A stretch of DNA of 64,000 bases, taken from Azolla caroliniana. Lineage: Eukaryota > Plantae > Polypodiophyta. The notes beneath the pieces were generated by a model, which did no database searches, was not told the origin of the DNA, and worked only from the letters and a program-made list of their open reading frames with translations. The stretch lies in contig JBHGNT010000004.1 of the NCBI GenBank assembly GCA_043228905.1, positions 3,596,001-3,660,000 on the forward strand, in the 5' to 3' direction. Made by a program: the position numbers and the translations under genes. Every line of letters begins with the position of its first letter. Positions within the stretch are counted from its first letter, which is position 1. Positions 1 through 9,964 of the stretch are shown piece by piece.

Positions 1-360
1 GAAAATAAGATTAAGAGAAAAACCCCAAACCCTAAATCTAGCGGTATACCCTCCTAACTCAAAATGGGCAACCCCTTTACAAAGGGCGCTCCCTTCCTTT
101 TATAGAACAAGGAGAGGGATGCGTTAGAATGTGGGATAAATCCCAATTTACATGGGATTCTCTATCCCGACTTGACTCCTACTCGGCGCCATAAAGGCAC
201 CCCTATTATTCACAAGTTTTTATAAGGGTGAGTGCACATGATGCATTCCGCTGATTCTTCTGATATTCCCCGGTTTCTCACCATAGCCCGGAATCTTCAC
301 GACACCGTAAGTAGGGCCTCTGCCCAGAAGCCATCTGATAGTCCGGAGTGTTGGAGCATC
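1..360 (-). mobile_element. Possible LTR retrotransposon LTR fragment, truncated by window edge
   Basis: Minus strand has a TATA-like ctataaaagg followed by a tagggtttggggtttttctc tract, resembling the U5-type motif of the solo LTR at 13262-13690. Boundaries uncertain. Confidence 0.3.
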
Positions 361-714
361 TCTGAAATTATGAAATAAATCCTTCAAAGTCACATATTAT
401 GCATTGTTCTTATCACCATAATTGGGAGGGGTGATTTGAATCCAATTCCCTCTTGTAAAAATGACCATTTTTTTGTTCTTGTCAACCAAAAAAATTTAGT
501 TGTAAATACTAGAATATATGGCACCTTATCGAAGAGACCTTGCCTCTCTCATTGGAGGAAATACACCATTCGCCCATTACTACTCACATCATTGTAGGTT
601 TGTTTAATACACTATGGTGATAGAAAATCTAGTATATACATATAAGGAGCATAAATCTCATACATGATATCACATTTAAGCAGCATAAATAAAAAGATAA
701 ACATTAAAAGTCTA

Positions 715-925
715 GTGTTTGATATGAGCTTCTAGCAATTGACTAGGCACCGTCTGGAATTTTAAAAGTCTGGGTATTGTGGTTAGCACCTAAGAGACCA
801 TCATTCAGTGTCTAGCATTCCATATCTAGGCTCAATATTAGATTTCATGGTCATGACCTTCCTTTAAATCTTCTCCAAACTTGCTTGATTTCTCAATGAA
901 ATAAACCATTAAAGTCACACATGAC
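715..925 (+). pseudogene. Relic of the 3' end of the lectin-like gene (paralog of ~7558-7856)
   Basis: gtgtttgatatgagcttct, gcacctaagagac, tctagcattccatatc and tcaatgaaataaaccattaaagtcacacatg are colinear with the same motifs at 7558-7856. Confidence 0.7.
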
Positions 926-1010
926 ATATCAATTTGTTGTTATATATCACCCGGGCGTGCGTCATAACTAGTTTGTTCTCGTAGATCCAAATCGCTCTCC
1001 ATGTGCATAC

Positions 1011-1191
1011 TTATCTTGGGTTGTGGATCAAAGTGATTTGTTAAGCCATATGTATTTCCACGTCTGCGATCTTCATATAAAAGTGTCCACTATCCTAAAT
1101 TGATTATAATTATCTTGGGTTGGGGATCAAAGTGATTTGTTAAGCCATATTTGCACGTCCAAGATCTTCATATAAAAGTGTCCACTATCCT
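1011..1191. repeat. Tandem duplication, ~99-bp period
   Basis: ttatcttgggttg(t/g)ggatcaaagtgatttgttaagccatat...gatcttcatataaaagtgtccactatccta starts at 1011 and again at 1110. Confidence 0.9.
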
Positions 1192-1356
1192 ATTTTGAAA
1201 GCATTGTGAGGATGAATCACAAGAATGTTTTTCTTTTTTGCCTTGTGGAAAACAAGGAAACCTAACAAAGAATGTTTTCCATTGACCACAATAAATTAAG
1301 TGTAAAAAAGGACGGAGATGAGACGATGTGCTACTTCATATAACTTCAATAGAATA

Positions 1357-1357
<1 letters not shown>

Positions 1358-1417
<60 letters not shown>

Positions 1418-1452
1418 CGCGTGTGCGTGTATATATATATGTATATATATAT
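1358..1452. repeat. Compound microsatellite (GT)n(GC)n(AT)n
   Basis: Directly visible; explains spurious ORF 1361-1612. Confidence 0.95.
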
Positions 1453-1638
1453 AAACAAAAAGGGGGGGGTGTTTAAAAAGGTGTACCCCAATGGAAAGAG
1501 GTGCAACTTTCTAATGTGTATTATTATAAAGCTACAACATTACATGATATGCATTATCATAAGGCTACTCCTAACAAGCTGGTTGTACTATTACTTTAAC
1601 AACATATATTAGCTCTCTCTATATATATAATTTGCGGA

Positions 1639-1652
1639 CATGGTATCAGAGC
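1639..1652 (+). mobile_element. Ty1/copia-type primer-binding site (tRNA-iMet) right after an LTR-like CA end
   Basis: CA|TGGTATCAGAGC is the canonical plant copia PBS. No gag/pol ORF follows. A degenerate equivalent (acatggtatc) lies at ~3537. Confidence 0.55.
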
Positions 1653-2476
1653 AAAGAACCAAACCTAAGGAGAAACTTCCTGTCTAACATGCAAGAAATG
1701 AGAAAAGTGGTAGTCAATGTTGTGTAGAGCTATCATCTCCTACTTATATATAGAAATCTAAATGAGGAAAAATATTAACCATGGTATAAGGTCCTGGAAG
1801 TCATTCTCCAACAATATAATTTGGTGATGAATATTATCCATGGAATTGATAAGGTAAACATCATTCTCCAACATCATGTAAACATTCATGCAAACCTCCT
1901 TCTTCATAAGGTAAACACAATCACATAGTGTTTGGAACATAAGTACCTCTAAGGAAACTTGGGATTACTTGGAGGCAAACTACATTCGTATATTTGTTAA
2001 CAATATATTCGGAAAGATTATACTCATCTTACAATGATCACATTTGTAAATACCAAATATACATAATCGACTTTATAATAAATTAAACATTCATGCAGAC
2101 CTCCTTTATAAGGAAAAGATAGTGAAAAAGAGTATTTCAAACATTAGAACTACCGTGAGATTGATTGAAGACGAACTACCTGCATAGTGACGTACTTCCA
2201 ATGTACTGAATCAGAAAGCATATATTTTAACAATATTTGTAAATGATTGGAGAAAGGAACCCTATAAGTTAGTCAATTGGTCCATCAGAAAGTATAAGAG
2301 CACTTCTCTCTTAGCCCCCCGAATTAATCAACTCCTAATCTCATCAAGTACTAACTCGCATGGAGACCATGGCCCAAGGAAACATGTGCTACAAAATTGC
2401 ATAGCACGGTTGGTTCATATTACGCCGATGCACTACACCATCATAGTATATTTAATAAATTTGGACTCCAAATCAT

Positions 2477-3030
2477 GTGCAAAAAAAATGTACTTATAGA
2501 AAGTGCCTAGGTGCACTTGGACCATTACAAGGTGCATCCTCATTTAGATGGTTATGTGTCCATTATGCACTTCCAGTCTTGGAATGGATGCATAGGGAAG
2601 AGGGAATCAAAACTTGCTTTTTTTGTGGGTTTCATTTGGAATTAATGCAACATGCCTTATGGAACTATATGGTTGCATGTTCTGTTTGGAAACATATGTT
2701 GCGCCTCATTGATGTTGCGTATGGACGTAAACTTATGCCCATGTGTTATGACCTAAACGTATGTTGTGCTTCATTGTAAATGTGGATAAGCATAATTATG
2801 AAAGGGAGACGATATTATTTACCCTTCAAACTAGGGGAAGGAAAGTTAAGGACGTACCATATTCATGCTCAAATTGGTTGAATGTGGATGCCACAGTATG
2901 GGAGCTATGATATCATAAGTGGTTTTGTGGAATATTTGGATGGATCGATGCAAAAATGTGTTTCAACAAATAAAGTAGAATCATATTCATTGTGTGAAGG
3001 AAAGTTGGTTGATGCTTATCACAGTATGTA
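2477..3030 (+). mobile_element. Degenerate L1-clade LINE ORF2 3' fragment (zf-RVT region)
   Basis: FRWLCVHYALPV...CFFCGFHLELMQHALWN...CSVW matches the F.W......LP / C..C.....H..W.C.....W pattern of plant L1 zf-RVT. Confidence 0.65.
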
Positions 3031-3144
3031 AAATTCTTGTTCGTCTAACATAACATTCGTTTTCCTATGTATTATTATAAATCTACAACTTCACATGATA
3101 CTTATTATCATTAGGCTACACCTTGGAAGTTGGTGAGAACTTGC

Positions 3145-3395
3145 ATAGAACGTAATATACTCGAATGCATTTGCAAACATTCTTTTTCATACGTTTGCAA
3201 ATGAATGTGTATGTTATGAAAACCTAATAAGTTTCTCATTTTTTACCTTAAGTTTCTTACCTACAAATAAGTTGTACCTAATTATAAATAATGAATACTT
3301 CAAGGGTGTTTATCATACTCGAACGATTGAAACATACTCAAATGCGAGTGCATGTATGGTACATATGGTTCATACAATGGGACTCGAAAGATATG
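3145..3395. mobile_element. Dispersed ~250-bp non-coding element (inverted copy at ~53065-53340)
   Basis: cgtaatatactcgaatg, ataaataatgaatac, gggtgttta(t/c)catactcgaa and gtatggtac(a/g)tatggttcata match the reverse complement of 53065-53340. Absent from the paralogous block at ~1585-1620. Confidence 0.75.
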
Positions 3396-3398
3396 TTA

Positions 3399-3403
<5 letters not shown>

Positions 3404-3434
<31 letters not shown>

Positions 3435-3462
3435 TGTATGTATGTATGTATGTATGTATATG

Positions 3463-3496
<34 letters not shown>

Positions 3497-3530
3497 TGTA
3501 TGTATGTATGTATGTATGTATGTATGTATA
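3404..3530. repeat. (TATG)n microsatellite
   Basis: Directly visible. Confidence 0.95.
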
Positions 3531-4570
3531 ATTCTACATGGTATCCCTACAAAGGAGCCGAACCAGCCAAACAAGAAGATTATCACGTTATTGAATATGA
3601 TTAGAGTTCCTATCTAATGTAACAGATGTTTTCAACCATGTTAAACATGCAAGTAATTACGAATGTGGCAACCTAAACGTTCGCATCAACCTCCTCCATA
3701 AGGAAAACACAATCAAATAGTGCTTGTAACATAACTACCTCTAAGGAAACATCAGATTGATTGGAGACAAACTAGCCTCGTATTGACGTACTTCTCATTT
3801 AATTATTACGACCGCTTGATTTGTCACTAGATATAGATATGTGTGGCCCCTTATCCACTTCTCTCTATCTTGTAATATATATTTCATTACAATATTTTTG
3901 AATGATTATATCCATTTTACAATGGTCATATTTTCAAAACACCAACTATATAGTATAGAGAATCAACTCCGTACTAAATTCGTCATTACATTTATGACCT
4001 ATATATCACTATTATAGAATATAGGCATTGCGGTGTGTTGTCATTCTAGTTCGAATCATTAGGGTTTTCCTATCATAAACCTATAAAATCATCATTATAA
4101 TTATGGGCTATACCATATATATATATATATATATAGACTCATGATAAGACACATAGATTGCATGAATTTGATGCTCACGCATGTCACCAAGTGTCCATCA
4201 TGCATTTGCTCATGCATCAACACTAAGTCCTCTACATGCATTTTAATGTGAAGCCTATTTAGAGAGGTTCAAAATTAAAGTGAAGCGTTTTGGTTCAAAT
4301 TGTGATTCAAACCACAAACTAAAAAGAGAAAAAAAGAAACTAAATAAGGGAGGAGGTCAATAAAGAGAGTTGAAGAGATACAAAATAATGTAGGTGGATT
4401 AATTTTATATTTTACAATTTTCAAAGTTTGCAATAATAATTTGTCCATTACGGCCACAAGGAGGAGCTCAATTGAGAGGGTTGAAGACAAAGATAAAATA
4501 TTGTCAAGTGGAGTAATTTCACATTTTACAACTTTCAAAGTTTACATACAATAATTCCTCCATTACGGCC

Positions 4571-4822
4571 ACACCATTCTTTGTCTATGTATATGAGTAA
4601 TCATCATGATGGATGTCACTAGAGTTCTGACCAATCCTCATGCTAAAAGAACATCCATCCTAACTACGAGAGATTGAAGAGGAGAGATCAAATCATCTAC
4701 GAAATCCCCGAGCAACACATATTTAAGTAGCTTGCAACATACATTTTAAGTTTGTGATCGAGTATGGTTATTACTACGTCACATGAATTCCAGAAGGCCT
4801 TGTGATAAAGTGGATTATCCTT
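4571..4822 (+). mobile_element. Ty3/gypsy (Tf2/chromovirus-like) integrase C-terminal fragment
   Basis: Translations TPFF...LREIEEERSNHLRN and F*VCDRVWLLLRHMNSRRPCDKVDY resemble the conserved FKVGDRVWL.......RP..KLDY motif preceding GPY/F. Confidence 0.65.
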
Positions 4823-5059
4823 ATGAATGGAAATCCTAAACCATATGGACTAAGTGGCCATTATCATTTTACTAAGCAATTAACCATCAATGTTGCCAAA
4901 AAATCATAATGGCTTAGTTCAAATATGTTAATAATGCCCCAAAATCCAATGGAGTTGTTTGTGGAGCTATCATAGGCAAGGGAGGCTCAACTATCACCAA
5001 ATCATCCATGAACAAACTTAGTTTCTGAAGGATACATAAGGTTTGCCTTCGTTTTCTCA

Positions 5060-5800
5060 ACCTCTAGGATCGTGCTCCAGGATCAATTTTGCGGACAAAT
5101 GGTATGTTTCAAATCGGCATTGCTTTACCTCGAACTCACCATTGCCGAAAGCGAAAAATGCAACAAAGCGAGACATTGGTAAGGGGTTGCCTCAAGTCAG
5201 GGAAAGGATGGATAGTGCTCACCGAGTTATACAAATCCAGTCGCGATCTTTTGAATTCCACAATGCCCCCAAACTGTAAGTGCTTTTGGATGATTAGGTG
5301 ATGCTACATATTGGAGATCTCTGGTGAGATACCGGAGATTGTGACTGGGATTAGATTGAGTTTTGTCACTCCAAAACTCACGTTGCTAGTCTTACTGAAA
5401 GAGCGCGGGCTTGACAATAATATTCTGAATGTGCTCGATTTGACAAGGAGCCAGAGCTCACAATTATGTAGTTAAAATGACCTCACACAAGTAGGTGATA
5501 CTACTAGGCTTGTTGTCATAGGTACCCTCCACTTGAGGAATTGATATTCCGAATTGTAGGGTTAATTATCATCCCGAATCAATCCTCAAGCTTCTTCTGC
5601 TCGATGATGAGGATCTAATGTTAATGTTCACATCCGGATCAATACTGATGAAAGTGCATGTGCTAGTAGGCATTTTTGTTGTGAAATTGAAGGTCTTGTC
5701 AAAGCTTGGAACCCATGTTCGGGTCATTTCCATTAAAGGGTTTCAAAGGGAATACACTAAAGTCTGTACGTGTGCTATCATCAAACAAGAGCTTCCCTTT
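5060..5800 (-). pseudogene. Degenerate paralog of the lectin-like gene, head-to-head with 6754-7814
   Basis: Minus-strand frames give GKLLFDDS..PFNGNDPNMGS, FDKTFNFT..TFISIDPDVNI and FVAFFAFGNGEFEVKQCRF. These align with GKLRLDS..PFNTSDRSMGSFNTLFNFT..GFITINPSVDI and LVGFFAFGRGVFDVSFWEF. Contains stops and frameshifts. Confidence 0.75.
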
Positions 5801-6753
5801 TCACAGAGAAAACACATGTATTGCCCTGCAATGGAAGGCCTCCTAATTAGCTACCAGAATTGGGATATATATTCAAGTATGTATTGTGATGTGTACCTTA
5901 TCTGCAATATTTGTAATGGTGATGAATACATTTGCCATTAACTTTTCAAATATCAAAGTCCTCGTTGAAATACATGAAACACATTTATTACACCTGCGAT
6001 GATATTCGACTACTTTTTCAATTGGGCGTGTTCGATTATTTTCAAAGATCACATTATGAAATCGATATTGTAAAGATGTTAGGTGGTAAATGATGTTAGC
6101 ACCTAAGAATGAATGAGTTTGTATGCCATGTTGTCACAAATGCTTGAAATGGTGTTAGTTAGCACATGTAAGAATGAGAGATGCCCGAGACAGATAATAC
6201 ATATCCAAAGGAGATATTTGTTGATGCCCCAACATCAGCTATGGTTCATGGTCAAGGAGTACCAACTACTCTTTGCTTACTCTTCTTTCCTCTTCATTAT
6301 AAGGCTAAAGATTTCCGAAAATGTGGACACTTTTTCGCCTTGACACTGTGTAGAATATGCAACTTCAGGCGACAACATCAGATCAATTATTGTGTCGTAC
6401 AAGATGACTTCCAAGTTACACTTTCCTTGACTACAAAATGAGTGCTATATTCTAGAGGCACATATTATAATTAGTCAAGAATCGCTTAAAGTTAGATGAC
6501 ACTGTTGAGCAATAGTCTCGACCCCGTCATGATAAAGCTCGACATAAAGTGTCGGATATGTGTTTTGCAAATGCTCCAAGAGAAGTGAACCAGGTTTTAC
6601 CTAATGAATTGATGGAAGAGTTATATATAAGAGATTTATTGGAACCACTACAATGTGCATCCACATTAGAGAAAAAAAGAAAGAAAGAAAGATATATTAA
6701 CTTCTTCTAGGACCCAAATTTGGCCCATGAAGTAGCATGAGAGAGAGAGAGAG

Positions 6754-7814
6754 ATGACATTCATGGAGTCCATGGATGATCAGCTTATGTTTGTAAGTAG
6801 CATACTGAGGAGGAGTGTAGCTGTGATATTGATACTTTTGCATCTGATATGGTCTTGCAATAATTCTGCAGCAGCTGAACATTACAATGAAAACACAGGA
6901 GGCTTTCCCTCAGTGGTCATGTCGAATTCATCGGCCACTGGCGTGTCTCTATCGAATGGGAAGCTCCGTCTCGACAGCACGAAGGCAAACTTAGTCTATG
7001 CCCTATTCCCCTACATCCCCTTCAACACTAGTGACCGATCCATGGGTTCCTTCAATACTCTCTTCAATTTCACCAATGTCTCCTCTGTTGGTGCTCTCGG
7101 CTTCATCACCATCAATCCCAGTGTGGACATTATGAAACTCGAGGATCGATTGCTTGCGATAACTAATCTCCCCTACAAACTCGATACTAAATTTGTGAAC
7201 AATAGCAACTACTTGCACTGGTGTACAACTTCTCCCAAGTGACACGATTCACAGAGATTGCGCCGAGGAATGGAGGCGGTCCTGTGATGTACTTCGACTA
7301 CAGCATGGCCAATGAACCAGGCAACCAGGCGCAATACTTTAGCGGTGAGTTGCAGTACTTCTATCCAGCCTCAGTGTCAAAAGCATGTGCATCGATCCCT
7401 ACACAGGAATTATCAAACACTTTGTGTCCGAGAAACTATGTGAATTTTGGGATTTACAACATGCATTCTGGATACACCATTGTGAGTACTATGGCTCCGC
7501 ATTCGAATCTTAGTGTTTCGGTCTCTAGTTTGGTCGGGTTTTTCGCTTTCGGCAGAGGTGTGTTTGATGTGAGCTTCTGGGAATTCACTGACCCGTATAT
7601 CGACGACAACGTTGCGGTAGGCACCTCAGAGACAATTTGCAATGTAGCATTCTCTAGCATTCCATATCCGACAAGTTGCAATACGTCAGTGGTGCCTAAC
7701 ATTCCATATCCAAGCTCAGAGACAATTCTCAATGCATCACTCTCTAGCATTCCATATCCAAGTCCAATACTAAATTTTATGCTCCTCTTTCTTTTAATGT
7801 TCTTCTATGTTTGA
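6754..7814 (+). pseudogene. Secreted legume(L-type)-lectin-like protein, intronless, split by one frameshift near 7205-7240
   Basis: ORF 6754-7242 has a signal-peptide-like stretch (VAVILILLHLIWSC) then NGKLRL..GSFNTLFNF..LGF, similar to the Lectin_legB N-half. ORF 7221-7814 ends with VGFFAFG..DVSFWEF (like YVGFSA..ILSWSF), a S/P-rich spacer and a hydrophobic tail. No kinase domain. Confidence 0.6.
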
Positions 7815-8149
7815 TATCATCATCAATGAAAATAAACTCGTAAAGTCACACATGTACATGTTCTTAACATTATGGATCCATCCAATCTGTTCTTGTATAT
7901 AACCCTAAACGTGCCACGAATCTCAATCTTGACAAATCTAATAGCTTGATTTATCTGTACCACAATATATTGTGCTATTTAAACCCATGTACGATCAAGT
8001 GCACAATGGGATTAGACACAAGTGAATGGCAATGTTGTTATTTAGCAATCAAATCTGTGATTTATCATTAAACTAAACTCAGAAAAGAGAGTGTACATAC
8101 AAATTCGATGCCTTATGGATACAGTCGCATGGGTAATCAGACACAGTCG

Positions 8150-8400
8150 AATTTTAGGCTTACCAGTCTCTAGTTTGGTAGGGTTTTTCGATTTCGGCAG
8201 ATGTGTGTTTGATGTGAGCTTCTAGCAATGCCATGACAAGTTTGATGAAAATACTGGTCTATCAGAGGCAATTCTCATGGCATTGGTGTCTTTCTAGCAT
8301 TCCATATCCAAGTTCAATAACTAAATTTTATGCACCCCTCTCTTTTAATGTCCTATGTTTGAATCATCAAATAGAACTTTTGAAGTCACACATGTACTAA
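8150..8400 (+). pseudogene. Second relic of the 3' end of the lectin-like gene
   Basis: gtctctagtttggtagggtttttcgatttcggcagatgtgtgtttgatgtgagcttct and tctagcattccatatccaag..ctaaattttatgc closely match 7521-7860. Confidence 0.8.
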
Positions 8401-9249
8401 CATCTCTTGCCAAAGTAAATGAGAGCAAGAGCTCAAATGTATAACCAATATATGTCTAAAACAATGTCTGGATGAGTTCAATTTCTACTAGATATGGCAT
8501 CATACACTATGTATTCATACATAGGCCTTAGTTTATTGATGGTACAACAAAGCCTTAAACTAGTTGATTTAGTTCACAAGCAAGAAGATAATTGAAAAAC
8601 AAAGAGAAGCTACACAGAATTCAATAATATAGAGGCCAGGCATGTAACATAATAGCTCTACTCATGATCAGAACATTGTTTTTATCTGATTCTCCTGGGA
8701 TCTGATGGGATCAACACTCTCATCTATATGAAGCAAGCCAACAAAACCCAACAAAGTGAGACAAATTAGGGAAAGGATGGATAATGAATGCTCATGGAAT
8801 CACACAAAACCCAACTTGTTCTATCATTGATGCCACTGGGCTCACTGCCATGTTGTTAAAGATCACACAAACAAAGACTTGTTTGTGAGCTTATTTTGAG
8901 CCCCTCCCCTGCGAGTCTCTAGATGCTTTTTGCAATGGTTCTGAAACATTAGAGCCCTACACTCTTCTTGGCTAAACTTGTGGCCCTTCATGTCAAATGA
9001 GCTTAGGGACATGAGATTCTCAAAGGATGGATTCATATAAAAGAAAGTAGGGTACATAGATGTCTACATGCCCCATTCTGCTCACAAAGAAATAAATTGA
9101 CTCAAACTTATCCTCCCACCAACAAGAGATCCAAGCAAAACAGGCATTCCACATGGCTAGCTCATAGGCACATCAAAGAGAAGATGTCCACAACATTCTT
9201 TGTGCTTATCACCATTCCACAAGTGATAAGAACACTCATCATTTTGGCC

Positions 9250-9909
9250 CAAGGCATGCTCGAGTCTCTCAACACTATGTGGTAACATATAGGATCAATA
9301 ACAATCCCATGGTATTGACTTTCTCAATAGGCCCACGAGTCCACTCGCAATGCATTGAGGAGTTGCCATTTAGTAAGAATAAGAATGTTCATGACCACAA
9401 AGACTCCACATGTATAACCAGTACTTGATCATGAGATAGGTTTTCTCTAGTTTTTCCTTAATGTCATGATGAGTATGTGTGGGTTGAAACTTGATTATGA
9501 TAGGATACTAGCACCAAATCATGGAGATCATTGCTTGCCACACTCAAATCCATCCAAGGACATACACATGCATGTGCTTCAACATAGCCTCGTCACACTA
9601 CCCCAAGAAACACCAAATGCCATATGCCCTTATCCAACTCATCCCATACATATCAGTTAAGTATGTATTTCATGCTTGAAAAGCAATCTCAAGATTCATT
9701 ACCGATTCTAAAGGGCATTTAGCATTAAGACTATTATTATGGATCTTTAGGAAACATGGAGCTTTTATTTTGTTAGGAATAAACAACAAGAATTCGCCCA
9801 TTTTTGAAATCATGCATTAGGCATTAACCTTTGCTTCTTACTTACTTCTCTCTTTCTATTTGTACTAGTTTATTTATACTTTTCAAACTCCAAACAACAT
9901 ACGGTCATA

Positions 9910-9963
<54 letters not shown>
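9250..9963 (+). repeat. Unclassified repeat ending in (GT)n; diverged second copy at ~14610-15015 plus 15810-15890
   Basis: gtattgactt...caatgca.tgaggagtt.cca.ttagt, atactagcaccaaat, aagaaacaccaaat.ccat, gcattaagac.attat.atggatc and aactccaaacaa occur in the same order in both copies. Confidence 0.75.

Positions 9964-9964
<1 letters not shown>

Larger units (their letters stand above)
1508..3970 (+). repeat. Diverged direct duplication (~1508-2250 vs ~3061-3970) with internal sub-repeats
   Basis: tattattataaa(g/t)ctacaac..catgata..ttatcat.aggcta at ~1518 and ~3070; acctcct..ataagg.aaacacaatca.atagtg.ttg.aacataa.tacctctaaggaaac at ~1894 and ~3689; a third partial copy at ~2098. Confidence 0.75.

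Noticed and set aside
7221-7239. GT..AG mini-intron that might fix the lectin frameshift
   Set aside because: 19 nt is far below the plant minimum intron size.
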